Shown here piece after piece: positions 46,509 to 56,273 of a stretch of 64,000 bases of DNA (position 1 is the first letter of the stretch; each line of letters begins with the position of its first letter). Source of the DNA: Candidatus Eiseniibacteriota bacterium (lineage in GTDB: Bacteria; Eisenbacteria; RBG-16-71-46); NCBI GenBank assembly GCA_963707915.1, contig OY970178.1:1088001-1152000 (forward strand). The letters are read 5' to 3'. Made by a program: the position numbers and the translations under genes. Under the pieces are notes generated by a model, which was not told where the DNA came from, did not search any database, and saw only the letters and a list, made by a program, of their open reading frames with translations.

Positions 46509-47864
46509 TCAGCTCTCCTCGAGCGTCCGCGAGCGTCGCAGTTTCTCGATGAGACCCTGCCGCGAGATGCCCAGCACGCGCGCGGCGCGGCTCTTGTTCC
46601 CCGCGGTGAGCCGCAACACCTCGGCGATGTGGTCCGCCTCGATCTGCGCCAGGGTGGGAAGCGCGATGGAGTGGTCCGAGGCCAGCCGCCGGCCGGCGAC
46701 CTCCGCCGGGAGGTGATCCACCTCCAGCTGTCGCCCGTCCTCGAGGAGCACGACGCGCTCGATGAGGTTGCGCAGTTCGCGCACGTTGCCGGGCCAGCGG
46801 TAGGACAACAGGAGGCGCGCCGCGTCGGGCGCGATGTCGCGGAAGTCCTTCTGGAACTGGCGGGAGAACTCGCGCATGAAGTGCCGGGCCAGCAGCAGGA
46901 CGTCGTCTCCGCGCTCGCTGAGCGGCGGCAGGTGGATGCTGACGACCTTGAGGCGGAAGTACAGGTCGCTGCGGAAACGCCCGTTCCGGATGTCGCTCTC
47001 GAGGTCCTTGTTCGATGCCGCCACGATGCGGATGTCGACGCTGATGTCCTCGGCGCCGCCGACGCGCTTGAAATTGCGGTAGTCGATGAAGCGGAGGAGC
47101 TTGGCCTGGGTCGGCATCGACATGTCCGCCACCTCGTCCAGGAAGAGCGTGCCGCCATCGCAGAGCTCGACCAGGCCCTTCTTCAGGTCCCCGGCGTCCG
47201 TGAAGGCGCCACGCTCGTGCCCGAACAGCTCGTTCTCGAGCAGGGTCTCCTGGAACGAGGAGCAATTGACCTCCATGAGCGGGGCCTGGGCCCGGTCGCT
47301 GCGGTAATGAATCGCCCGTGCGACCAGTTCCTTGCCGGTCCCGCTCTCCCCGGTGATGAACACCGAGGTCGCCTGGCTGCGCACCACCTTCTCGATGAGG
47401 TCCCGCACCTCCTTCATGGGCCCGGAGGTGCCGATGATCTCCTCCCCGGTGTAGCGGCGCTTCTCCTTGCGGCGGTAGAGGTCGAGCTCGTTGGCCTGGC
47501 GGAAGGTCCGGGCGGCCGCTTCGACCGCCATCTCGATGTCCTCCTTCTCGTAGGGCTTCCGGAGGAAGTCGCAGGCCCCGAGTTTCATGGCCTCGACCGC
47601 CGACTGGACGTCGCCGTAGGCGGTGATGACGATGACCTGGACCAGCGAGTCCATCTGGCGCACGCGCCGCAGCACCGAGAGGCCGTCGGTGTCCGGCAGG
47701 CGCATGTCGAGGATGATGACCTGCGGGCGCACGCTCTCGACCTTGTCGAGGCCCTCCGCCCCGGTGCTCGCGCCCTCCACCAGGTAGCCCTTCTCGCGCA
47801 ACACGCGGGACAACGACTTGCGGATGAGGATCTCGTCGTCCACCACGAGCACGGTGTTCTTCAC
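46509..47864 (-). CDS. NtrC-family sigma54-dependent response regulator
   Basis: VLVVDDE receiver, GESGTGKE, ELFGHERGAFTDA, FLDEV, WPGNVREL, HTH NKSRAARVLGISR. Confidence 0.95.
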   Translation of the reverse strand: MKNTVLVVDDEILIRKSLSRVLREKGYLVEGASTGAEGLDKVESVRPQVIILDMRLPDTDGLSVLRRVRQMDSLVQVIVITAYGDVQSAVEAMKLGACDFLRKPYEKEDIEMAVEAAARTFRQANELDLYRRKEKRRYTGEEIIGTSGPMKEVRDLIEKVVRSQATSVFITGESGTGKELVARAIHYRSDRAQAPLMEVNCSSFQETLLENELFGHERGAFTDAGDLKKGLVELCDGGTLFLDEVADMSMPTQAKLLRFIDYRNFKRVGGAEDISVDIRIVAASNKDLESDIRNGRFRSDLYFRLKVVSIHLPPLSERGDDVLLLARHFMREFSRQFQKDFRDIAPDAARLLLSYRWPGNVRELRNLIERVVLLEDGRQLEVDHLPAEVAGRRLASDHSIALPTLAQIEADHIAEVLRLTAGNKSRAARVLGISRQGLIEKLRRSRTLEES

Positions 47865-47868
47865 GAGC

Positions 47869-48993
47869 CTAGTCCTCCGCCGGCTCGGGAGCGCCCGGCG
47901 GCTCCGCCGGGACCGGGAAGGAGACCCGCAACGTCGCCCCGCCACCCGCGTTGTTCTTGGCGGTGATCACGCCGCCGACCTCGCGCACGATCTGCAGGGA
48001 GATGGGCAGGCCGAGCCCGGTGCCCATGGAGCGCGTCGTGAAGAAGGGGTCGAAGATCTTCTCCATGAGCTCCCGGGGGATGCCCACGCCGGTGTCCCGG
48101 AAGGAGACGTCCACCACCGAGCGCCGGGTGCGGTAGCGCCGCACTCCCAGCATGACGTGCAGCTCGCCCCCCTGGGGCATGGCCTGCACGGCGTTCAGGC
48201 AGAGATTGAGGAAGACCTGCTGGGTGAGGTCCGGGTCCGCGTAGACCAGCGGGACCTCCTCGGCCACCTCGGCGTAGTCCTTGAACAGCGTCACCTGGGC
48301 GTCCCCCAGCTGCAGCTCGAGCAGGTCGAGGGTCTTCTCGAGCACCTGGCGGAGGGAGCACGCCTGGGGGCGGGCGGCGGGCGGGCGGGCGAACATGAGC
48401 AGCCCGGTGATGATCTGCTCGATGCGGTCCAGCTCCTTGATGACGTCCTCGAGGTCCTCGCGCCGGGCGTCGTTGGGCTTGAACTTCGAGCCCACGTACT
48501 GGACCGTGGTGCGGATGCCGGTCAGCGGGTTGCGGATCTCGTGCGCGACGTAGGCCGACAGCTCGCCCAGCGAGACCAGCCGGTCGATGTTCTTCTGGAA
48601 CTCGCCATCCTCGCTCTCGGAGGTGGCCTCCGCCATCACCAGCGAGCCGGTCAGGACGCCGTCCTCGTCGCGCAGCGGCAGCGACTCGGCCTTGAGCGTC
48701 AGCTCGCGGCCTTCCGCCTCGATGCGGAACTCGCGCGGCTCCCGCGAGGCGCCCTTCAACCAGCGCGCGTCGGCCCCGGGGAACAGGCGCCCGGCTGGCA
48801 ACCCCAGCAGTCCGCCCGGCTCGACGGCGAACAACTCCTCGATCCGGCGGTTGTTGTACGTGACGCGACGCTCACGATCGAGCGCCACGACCCCCTGTTC
48901 CAGCGCGTCCAGCACCTGCGAGGGCCACGGGATCGGCCGCGACGCGGGCTCGGACTCCGCCGGGCGTGCGGGAGCTTCGTTACGCGTGCTCAT
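47869..48993 (-). CDS. Cytoplasmic PAS-domain sensor histidine kinase
   Basis: PAS-like N-terminus, AHEIRNPL, NLCLNAVQAM, DTGVGI, FDPFFTT, GTGLGL; no TM segment from ATG 48993. Confidence 0.93.
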   Translation of the reverse strand: MSTRNEAPARPAESEPASRPIPWPSQVLDALEQGVVALDRERRVTYNNRRIEELFAVEPGGLLGLPAGRLFPGADARWLKGASREPREFRIEAEGRELTLKAESLPLRDEDGVLTGSLVMAEATSESEDGEFQKNIDRLVSLGELSAYVAHEIRNPLTGIRTTVQYVGSKFKPNDARREDLEDVIKELDRIEQIITGLLMFARPPAARPQACSLRQVLEKTLDLLELQLGDAQVTLFKDYAEVAEEVPLVYADPDLTQQVFLNLCLNAVQAMPQGGELHVMLGVRRYRTRRSVVDVSFRDTGVGIPRELMEKIFDPFFTTRSMGTGLGLPISLQIVREVGGVITAKNNAGGGATLRVSFPVPAEPPGAPEPAED

Positions 48994-49117
48994 CGGCCCT
49001 CCGCGGGAGAAACCTACGGTGCGAACGGAGAGGTAGCACACGCCGCCCACGCAGGCAACGGAAGAGGCGACGACGAGCACCCGCGCGACCCCGGCCCGCG
49101 CGGGTGGGACCGTCTGG

Positions 49118-49146
49118 TTGAGCGCGCCGGAGGCGGCTGGTAGAAT
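49118..49146 (+). promoter_or_regulatory. sigma70 promoter for the surA/ppiD-like gene
   Basis: TTGAGC-17 nt-TAGAAT. Confidence 0.7.
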
Positions 49147-49196
49147 GGGCGGTCCCTTCTTCCCCACGTCGTTTCGTCCCGTTCCGGGAGCCCTGA

Positions 49197-51020
49197 ATGC
49201 TTCGTCAACTTCGCAGCGGCGGCAAGCACACCAAGGCCATCTGGTGGCTGCTCACGGTCGTCATCGTCGTCACGTTCCTCGGCGGCTTCGTGTTCATCTT
49301 CGGCGCGGGCGTCGACTTCGGCGGCGGGCAGGGCAAGGGGACCGTCGGTTCCGTGGACGGCAGCCCCATCAGCGCCACGGAGTACCAGACCGCGCTCACG
49401 AGCCAGCGCGAGGCGTTCCGCCGCCAGTACGGCTCGGATCCCGCCGACCGCGACGAGAAGAACACCGAGGCGCAGGCGTGGCGGACGATCCTCAGCCAGA
49501 AGCTGATGGGCGCCGAGGCCCGCAAGGCCGGCCTCGTGGCGCACGACCGCGAGGTGGTGCTGGCGCTGCAGACCTCCCCACCGCAGGAGCTGGTCGACCA
49601 GCCCGCGTTCCAGACCGACGGCAAGTTCGACCCGGAGAAGTACCGGGCCGCCCTGCGCGACCCCAACAACACGTTCTGGACGGGCTTCGAGGCGCTCGTG
49701 CGGTCGCAGTTGCCGGTCCGCAAGCTGCAGGAGCGCATGCTCGCCTCGATCAAGCTGAGCGAGCCCGAGCTCCGCGAGGCCTACCACGAGCGCTTCGACC
49801 GCGTGGCGGCCACCGCCCTCGTCGTGCTGCCCGACATGCAGGCCAAGCTGCCTCCGCCGCAGCCCGCCGACCTGCAGAAGGTCTACGAGGAGTACAAGAG
49901 CCGCTTCTACTCCGGCCCGCGGATCGACCTCGAAGTGCTCCAGGTGCCCAAGAAGTACAGCGAGGAGGACATCCGCACGGCCCGCCAGTTCGCCCAGAAC
50001 CTGGTCGATCGCGTGCGCCGGGGCGAGGACTTCGCCCAGCTGGCGAAGGACTACTCCGAGGGCCCCGGGGCGGCCCAGGGCGGCCTCATCAACCGCGTCG
50101 TCCAGGTGCAGGAGCTGGGGCCCGAGATGGGGCCCTACATGAACGACCTGCAGCCTGGGCAGGTGAGCAACCCCTACCAGGCCAATGGGCGCTTCATCAT
50201 CATGAAGCTCGTCGAGCGCGTGCCGCAGCCCGGCCAGCCCGCGCCGGGCATGCGCCTGGCCCAGATCATCGTGCGCGTGCGGCCCAACGACGCGGGCCGG
50301 CAGGAGCAGTACGGCGAGCTGCAGAAGCTGCGGGCGCGCGCCGCGGCCCTGAAGAGCCTGGGGAAGGCGGCGACCGAGAAGGCGCTGCCCACGCTGCGCA
50401 CCGGCTTCTTCGACCCGAACACCCCGCCGGCCCCGATCGCCGAGACGCCGGAAGCGGCCGAGTGGGCCTCCGGTGCCAAGCTGAACGCGGTGAGCCCGGT
50501 CTTCGAGGGCGCGGACGACTACGCCATCGTCCAGGTGGCCCAGCGGCACGACGGCGGCCTGGTGTCGAGCGAGACGTTGAAGGAGACCCTGCGCCAGATC
50601 GCCGAGCTCGAGGCCCGGGTGGACCGGGCGAAGCCGGTGGCCGACCGCATCGCCAAGGCCCTCGCGCAGGGGCGCTCGCTCGAGGCCGCCGCGAAGGAGA
50701 ACGGGCTCACGCCGTTCGCCACCGTGCTGTCGCGGGCCCAGCAGGACCCGCGCCTGGCGGGCGCGGGCGAGACCTTCGGCGCGCTCTTCGGCGCGGCCCC
50801 GGGCAAGGTGGTGGGCCCGCTGCGCGGCCCGGGCGGCTGGCTCTTCGCGCGCGTGGAACAGCGGGTGGCGGCCCCGATGGATTCCACCTACGAGAAGGCG
50901 AAGACCCCGCTCTCCCAGGAGATCCTGAGCACCCGGCAGCAGATGTTCTTCAACGGCTGGGTCGCCGGCCTGCGGGAGAAGGCGAAGGTCCAGGATCTGC
51001 GCTTCACCGGCGCCCGCTAG
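49197..51020 (+). CDS. SurA N-terminal domain/PpiD-like peptidyl-prolyl isomerase
   Basis: N-terminal TM anchor, VGSVDG..I, FQTDGKFD, GEDFAQLAKDYSE, GG parvulin motif, LREKAKV. Confidence 0.88.
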   Translation: MLRQLRSGGKHTKAIWWLLTVVIVVTFLGGFVFIFGAGVDFGGGQGKGTVGSVDGSPISATEYQTALTSQREAFRRQYGSDPADRDEKNTEAQAWRTILSQKLMGAEARKAGLVAHDREVVLALQTSPPQELVDQPAFQTDGKFDPEKYRAALRDPNNTFWTGFEALVRSQLPVRKLQERMLASIKLSEPELREAYHERFDRVAATALVVLPDMQAKLPPPQPADLQKVYEEYKSRFYSGPRIDLEVLQVPKKYSEEDIRTARQFAQNLVDRVRRGEDFAQLAKDYSEGPGAAQGGLINRVVQVQELGPEMGPYMNDLQPGQVSNPYQANGRFIIMKLVERVPQPGQPAPGMRLAQIIVRVRPNDAGRQEQYGELQKLRARAAALKSLGKAATEKALPTLRTGFFDPNTPPAPIAETPEAAEWASGAKLNAVSPVFEGADDYAIVQVAQRHDGGLVSSETLKETLRQIAELEARVDRAKPVADRIAKALAQGRSLEAAAKENGLTPFATVLSRAQQDPRLAGAGETFGALFGAAPGKVVGPLRGPGGWLFARVEQRVAAPMDSTYEKAKTPLSQEILSTRQQMFFNGWVAGLREKAKVQDLRFTGAR

Positions 51021-51060
51021 GCGGGACCGGCACGGCGGGCACCCGTCGGGCCAGGCACAC

Positions 51061-51097
51061 GACGAGGGCGGCGGGAGCGAATCCCGCCGCCCTCGTC
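51061..51097. terminator. Hairpin between convergent ppiD-like and tatA genes
   Basis: 16 bp stem GACGAGGGCGGCGGGA/TCCCGCCGCCCTCGTC. Confidence 0.7.
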
Positions 51098-51113
51098 GCT
51101 TCCCGGCCCGACG

Positions 51114-51347
51114 CTACTGGATCGGCTTGTTCTCGGGCGGTGTGCCGTTCGCCGGCTTGCGCGCGGCGTCGGGCTTGGTCTCCGTCGGCTCCCGGTTCAG
51201 CTCGTCGGAGATCTCGTGCTGCGCCTTGCGGAAATCGCGCATGGCGGTCCCCAGCCCCTTGGCGAGCTTGGGCAGCTGGCTGGGCCCGAAGATGAGGAGC
51301 ACGATGATGAACACGATCATCATCTCGCCGGGACCTAATCCGAACAC
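51114..51347 (-). CDS. tatA: Twin-arginine translocase TatA/E
   Basis: FGLGPGE...LLIFGPSQLPKLAKGLG..MRDF. Confidence 0.95.
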   Translation of the reverse strand: MFGLGPGEMMIVFIIVLLIFGPSQLPKLAKGLGTAMRDFRKAQHEISDELNREPTETKPDAARKPANGTPPENKPIQ

Positions 51348-51371
51348 CTTGACCTCCTTTGTGGAACCTGA

Positions 51372-51797
51372 CTATCGACCGAGATGGAGCCGACTGCGGT
51401 CGCTCCCGAGCACCACCGTGACATCAGCCTGATCGGAACTCCACGCCTGGCGGATCACCGGCGGACCGCCGAGGTAGCGCGCCACGGCCAGCGCGCCGGC
51501 GGGGTCCTCGCGCCGCGCCACCACGAGGGTGGCGAAGTAGTCGTCGCGATCCGCGTTCCGCACCTCCACCACATGGAAACCGCCCTCCCGCAGGGCGGAA
51601 GCCAGCCGCCCCGCCACTCCTCCCTCGCCCGATCCATTCAGCACCTGCACGCGGACCACGAGCGGCGTCCCGTTCGCACGATCCGCCGTGCGGCCCGCCC
51701 CGAAGCGGACCCAGAGCCACGAGAGCAGCAACGCCACGACCACCAGCGCGAGCAGGGCCGTGCCCGCGCGCGCCAGCAGCCTAGGCTTTCGGGCCAC
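51372..51797 (-). CDS. LytR C-terminal domain-containing protein
   Basis: TM segment, VQVLNGSGEGGVA, RNAD, DVTVVLGSD. Confidence 0.85.
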   Translation of the reverse strand: MARKPRLLARAGTALLALVVVALLLSWLWVRFGAGRTADRANGTPLVVRVQVLNGSGEGGVAGRLASALREGGFHVVEVRNADRDDYFATLVVARREDPAGALAVARYLGGPPVIRQAWSSDQADVTVVLGSDRSRLHLGR

Positions 51798-52425
51798 GCC
51801 CCCTCCGCCTTCCGCCCGGCCCCGCCTCGAGCGCCCGGACGGCCCGCCGCAGCCGGGCCCAGGTCCGCGGCAGGGACTCCGGGAGCACGCGCGTCTCGCC
51901 GACCGCGGCCATGAAATTGGTGTCGCCGTCCCAGCGCGGCACCACGTGCATGTGCAGGTGGCCGGGGAACCCGGCTCCGGCGACGCGCCCCGCGTTCACG
52001 CCGAAGTTCATCCCGTGCGGGTGATACTCCGTCTCCAGCGCCCGCTCCGCAAGCCCCACCAGCTCCAACAGGTCCGCGCGCTCCGCCGCCGTGAGCCGGG
52101 CGAAGCGTCCCTGGTGGCCGTTCACCGCCACCATCAGGTGGCCGCCGGTGTAGGGGAAGCGGTTCAGCATCAGGAAGGCGTGCGGCCGGCGCGCCACGAC
52201 CAGGAGCGCCCGGTCGCCGCGCGTGCGGGCCACCCGGCAGAACAGGCACTCGGCCGGCTCGTGGGCCCGGCCGATGTACGCCATCCGCCACGGCGCCCAC
52301 AGCCGCTCGAGCGCGCCCCGTGCCCCGCTCCGCGCGGCCGGCCGGCGACGTGCCGGCGCGCCGCCCGGCGCGGTCGTCGCCCGCGTCCTCCCCGGGCGCA
52401 CCGGGGTCCCCCGCCGCGCGCTCAC
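51781..52425 (-). CDS. HIT family hydrolase (start uncertain)
   Basis: LWAPWRMAYI, CLFC, NRFPYTGGH, HLHMHVVPRW. Confidence 0.92.
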   Translation of the reverse strand: MSARRGTPVRPGRTRATTAPGGAPARRRPAARSGARGALERLWAPWRMAYIGRAHEPAECLFCRVARTRGDRALLVVARRPHAFLMLNRFPYTGGHLMVAVNGHQGRFARLTAAERADLLELVGLAERALETEYHPHGMNFGVNAGRVAGAGFPGHLHMHVVPRWDGDTNFMAAVGETRVLPESLPRTWARLRRAVRALEAGPGGRRRGRGPKA

Positions 52426-53276
52426 CGCGGGCTCCACTCGAAATTGTCGATCAGGCGGGCCGGGCCCACGCGCGCGGCCACCGCGACCAGGAGGCGGCGC
52501 GCGGCGCGCACGTCCTTGACCGGCTCCAGCGAACCGGCGTCCACCACCGCCACGTAGTCCGCGCGCACCAGCGGATGGCGGCGCCACACCGCGCGCACCG
52601 CCCCCGCCACCCGCGCCGCGGAGCGCTCGCCCGCCACCAGCGCGGCGCGCGCCGCGGCCAGGCCGCGCGACAGGGCGACGGCCTGGGCGCGCTCCGCCGG
52701 GTCCAGGTACGCGTTGCGCGAGGACATCGCCAGGCCGTCCGGCTCGCGCACCGTCGGGCCGCGCCGCACCTTCACCGCCAGGCGCAGGTCCCGCGCCATG
52801 CGCTCGACCAGCGCCGCCTGCTGCGCGTCCTTCTGGCCCAGCCAGAGCACGTGCGGCGCCACCGCCTCGAGCAGGATCAGCACGACGGTGGTCACGCCCT
52901 CGAAATGCCCCGGGCGCGAGGCACCCTCGAGCACGTCGCCGAGCCCCGCGACCCTCACGCGCGTGCGGTGGCCGGGCGGGTAGAGGTCGCTCCGGCGCGG
53001 CTCCCAGAGCAGGTCCACGCCGGCCGCCGCCAGCAGCGCGCGGTCCCGGCGCACGGGACGCGGATAGCGGGCGAAGTCCTCTCCCGGCCCGAACTGCAGC
53101 GGGTTGACGAAGATGCTCGCCACCACGCGGTCCGCCGACGCGCGCGCGCGCCGCACCAGGCTCAGGTGCCCCTCGTGGATCGCGCCCATGGTGGGCACGT
53201 ACGCCACGCGCAGGCCGGCGCCCTTCCAGCGCTGGACCAGCGCGTGCACCCGCGCGGGGCTCGCGACCCGTCGCAT
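52422..53276 (-). CDS. panC: Pantoate-beta-alanine ligase
   Basis: VPTMGAIHEGH, FVNPLQF, RPGHF, GQKDAQQ, LAMSSRN, RLIDN. Confidence 0.96.
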   Translation of the reverse strand: MRRVASPARVHALVQRWKGAGLRVAYVPTMGAIHEGHLSLVRRARASADRVVASIFVNPLQFGPGEDFARYPRPVRRDRALLAAAGVDLLWEPRRSDLYPPGHRTRVRVAGLGDVLEGASRPGHFEGVTTVVLILLEAVAPHVLWLGQKDAQQAALVERMARDLRLAVKVRRGPTVREPDGLAMSSRNAYLDPAERAQAVALSRGLAAARAALVAGERSAARVAGAVRAVWRRHPLVRADYVAVVDAGSLEPVKDVRAARRLLVAVAARVGPARLIDNFEWSPR

Positions 53277-53314
53277 CGCGGGCCGGCGGGCGGGCGGGCG
53301 CGGGCGGCGCGCGC

Positions 53315-54154
53315 TCAATACGACTCCTCGTCGGCCGGGAAGCGGCGGGCCTTCACGTCGGCCACGTACCCCGCGAACGCGTCCCGCATGGTCCCGGCCA
53401 GGTCGGCGTAGCGCCGCACGAACCTGGGTACCCGGCCCTGGGTCAGGCCGAGCAGGTCGTGGCTCACCAGCACCTGCCCGTCGCAGGCGGCCCCGGCGCC
53501 GATGCCGATGGTCGGGATGCCGACCGCGCGCGTCACCGCTTCGCCCAGCGCCGCGGGGACGCCCTCGAGCACCATCGAGAAGCAGCCGCACTGCTCCAGC
53601 AGCCGCGCCTCGCCGACCAGGCGCTCGGCCTCGGCCTCGCCCCTCCCCTGTACCTTGTAGCCGCCGAAGGCGAGCAGCGACTGCGGCGTGAGCCCGAGGT
53701 GCCCCATCACCGGGATGCCGATCTCCACGATGCGCCGCACCGCCGGCGCGACCCGTTCGCCGCCCTCCAGCTTGATCGCGTCCGCACCGCCCTCCTGCAC
53801 GAAGCGCCCGGCGTTGCGCACCGCCTCCTCGACGCTGGCCTGGTACGACATGAAGGGCATGTCGGCCACGACCAGCGCGGCCGGGCGGGCGCGCGTGACC
53901 GCCTTCACGTGGTGCAGCATGTCGGCCATGGTGACCGGCAGCGTGCTGTCGTAACCCAGCACCACGGTGCCCAGGCTGTCGCCCACCAGCAGCACCTCGA
54001 CGCCCGCCTCGTCCGCGATCCGCGCGGTCGGGAAGTCGTAGGCGGTCGCCGCGACCACGATCTCCCCGCGGCGCTTCATCCCGGCGATGGCCGGCGCCGT
54101 CCAGCGCCCGTGGGCGGGTCGCGCGCGCACCGGCTCGCCGTGGGGCTCGCTCAT
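53315..54154 (-). CDS. panB: 3-methyl-2-oxobutanoate hydroxymethyltransferase
   Basis: TAYD, LVGDSLG, DMPF, KLEGG, GHLGLTPQ, GIGAG. Confidence 0.97.
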   Translation of the reverse strand: MSEPHGEPVRARPAHGRWTAPAIAGMKRRGEIVVAATAYDFPTARIADEAGVEVLLVGDSLGTVVLGYDSTLPVTMADMLHHVKAVTRARPAALVVADMPFMSYQASVEEAVRNAGRFVQEGGADAIKLEGGERVAPAVRRIVEIGIPVMGHLGLTPQSLLAFGGYKVQGRGEAEAERLVGEARLLEQCGCFSMVLEGVPAALGEAVTRAVGIPTIGIGAGAACDGQVLVSHDLLGLTQGRVPRFVRRYADLAGTMRDAFAGYVADVKARRFPADEESY

Positions 54155-54804
54155 GACCCGGCCGTCCCGCGCTCGAGCGGCGCGTAGTAGACCGTGCCCT
54201 GCCGGTGCGACACGATACGCGGCAGCAGGTCCTCGAAGTCCTCGGGGTTGTTCACGAAGTCGATCCCGTTGGTGTTGACCACCAGCAGTGGCGCGTCCAC
54301 GTAGTGGAAGAAGAAGTGGTTGTAGGCGTCGTTGAGCTGCTTGATGTACTCCCGGTCCATGTCCTTCTCGAACGCGCGGCCGCGCCGGCCGATGCGCTCC
54401 ATGAGGATGTCGGCGCCCGCCTGCAGGTAGACCACCACGTCGGGCTTGACGACGTCCAGCTCGAGCCAGGCCACCAGCCTCTCGTACAGCGCCAGCTCCC
54501 GGTCGGAGAGGTTCAGCCCCGCGAAGATCCGGTCCTTCTGGAACAGGTAGTCGGCGATCAGGCGGTCGTTGAACAGCTCCGTCTGCCGCAGGTTGCGCTG
54601 CTGCTGGTAGCGGCTGAACAGGAAGTGCATCTGGGTCTGGAACGCGAAGCGCGCGCGGTCCTTGTAGAAGTCCTTGAGGAAGGGGTTCTCCTCGACCTCC
54701 TCGAGCACCAGCTGCGCCTTGAGGCGCTCGGTCAGCATCTTCGAGAGACTGGTCTTGCCCACGCCGATCACTCCCTCGATGGCGATGTAGCGGTTCTCGG
54801 TCAT
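54151..54804 (-). CDS. Deoxynucleoside kinase
   Basis: IAIEGVIGVGKT, NPFL, FQTQ, RGRAFE. Confidence 0.93.
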   Translation of the reverse strand: MTENRYIAIEGVIGVGKTSLSKMLTERLKAQLVLEEVEENPFLKDFYKDRARFAFQTQMHFLFSRYQQQRNLRQTELFNDRLIADYLFQKDRIFAGLNLSDRELALYERLVAWLELDVVKPDVVVYLQAGADILMERIGRRGRAFEKDMDREYIKQLNDAYNHFFFHYVDAPLLVVNTNGIDFVNNPEDFEDLLPRIVSHRQGTVYYAPLERGTAGS

Positions 54805-54811
54805 GGGCGGG

Positions 54812-55309
54812 TCAGTTCCACAGCCGGCTCCCCTTCTTCACGGGCGGTCGGTCGTTCTTCAGGCGGGACAGGTGGGCGAGCATGGTCTCGCCGGTGACCG
54901 GGTGGACGAGCAACGGGTCGAGCTCGACCAGGGGCACGAGCACGAACGAGCGGCTCACCAGCTCGGGGTGCGGCACCTTCAGGTCGGGCTGGTCCAGCAC
55001 CTCGTCGCCGTGCAGCAGCAGGTCGAGGTCGATCACCCGCGGGCCCCAGTGCCGGGTGCGCACGCGGCCCAGCCGGCGCTCGATCAGCAGCAGGTTCCAG
55101 AGCAGCTGGCGCGCACCGAGCTCGGTCTCGAGCTCCGCCACGGCGTTCAGGAAGCCGGGCTGGTCGGGGTCCCCCACCGGCTCCGTGTCGTAGAGCGACG
55201 AGGCGCGCACCAGCGTCGTGGACGGCAGGCGCGCCAGGTCGTCCAGGGCGCTCCGGATCATGACCTCGCGCTCGCCGAGGTTGGAGCCCAGCCCGATGAA
55301 GGTCCTCAT
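54812..55309 (-). CDS. folK: 2-amino-4-hydroxy-6-hydroxymethyldihydropteridine diphosphokinase
   Basis: IGLGSNLG, FLNAV, WGPRVIDLDLL, VPHP. Confidence 0.97.
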   Translation of the reverse strand: MRTFIGLGSNLGEREVMIRSALDDLARLPSTTLVRASSLYDTEPVGDPDQPGFLNAVAELETELGARQLLWNLLLIERRLGRVRTRHWGPRVIDLDLLLHGDEVLDQPDLKVPHPELVSRSFVLVPLVELDPLLVHPVTGETMLAHLSRLKNDRPPVKKGSRLWN

Positions 55310-55665
55310 GGGCGCCGTTCCCGGGTCACCTCGACGACGGCCCGCCCGCCCGTGGTCCAGCCCAGGTTCTGCTTGGCGATGCGCACCCGGACGCGGCGCA
55401 TGGTGAAACGCGCCAGCAACTCCTCCGCAGTGGCCGCGGCCAGCGCCTCCAGCAAGTGGAAGCTGCGGCCCTCCACGACCTCGCGCACGGTCGTGTAGAT
55501 GGCGTCGTAGTCCACCGCGTCGGCGAGGCGGTCGGTGTGTTCGGCGGCGTCGTTCACGGGATCGATCTCGAGATCCACCTCGAGCCGCTGGCCGGCCTCC
55601 TTCTCATAGGGGCGGGCTCCGTGGTGACCGAAGACCGAGAGGCCTTCGAGACGGACGACAGCCAA
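55306..55665 (-). CDS. folB: Dihydroneopterin aldolase
   Basis: GHHG..YE...GQ, AVDY, LLEALA; TTG start with GGAGG RBS. Confidence 0.92.
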   Translation of the reverse strand: MAVVRLEGLSVFGHHGARPYEKEAGQRLEVDLEIDPVNDAAEHTDRLADAVDYDAIYTTVREVVEGRSFHLLEALAAATAEELLARFTMRRVRVRIAKQNLGWTTGGRAVVEVTRERRP

Positions 55666-55985
55666 GGACGCCTCCAAGATGAGGGCGGCGAGCCAGGGCA
55701 CGCGGTCGGCCTGCACGGTGCGCAGGCAGACTGGGCCGGGGCCGCCGCCACGGGAATGGTCGGGTGCTCGCGAGGCCGGAGTCTAGGAGCGCCCCCCGGA
55801 GCGGTCAAGCCGGGGACGTCTCCTCCCTTCCGGTCCGTCACCGGGCGGTGCTAGCCTGCCATCGCAGGCGGATGGAGACGCGCTCGGGAGGCGTCGTCAA
55901 GGGTCCCGGACTCATGGGACACCCCGACTCGACACTACGCGACACGGCTCCCCCGCTCCCGGCGCCACGAGTACGAGGGGAACCC

Positions 55986-56207
55986 ATGGCCGAGCTGCTG
56001 GACCGCCTCACGAGAGCGCTGGCCCCGCGCTACCGGATCGAGCGCGAGGCCGGTCACGGCGGCATGGCCGTCGTCTTCCTGGCCCGCGACCTCCGGCACG
56101 ACCGCCCCGTGGCCATCAAGGTCCTGCGTCCCGAACTGGCGGGCGTCTTCTTCAACGCGGCCGAGATCCGCGGGAACCTCTGGAAGGCGAAAGTGGACCC
56201 GAGGTAA
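55986..56207 (+). pseudogene. Remnant of a Ser/Thr protein kinase gene (subdomains I-II only)
   Basis: RYRIEREAGHGGMAVVFLARD...VAIKVL, then an unrelated 20 aa tail and stop; no HRD or DFG. Confidence 0.8.
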
Positions 56208-56273
56208 CGGCCTCGCGCGCGGGGCCGCGGCGGCGCTCGCGGAACGCCCGCCGCGCTTCCTCCCCGACGTCGG

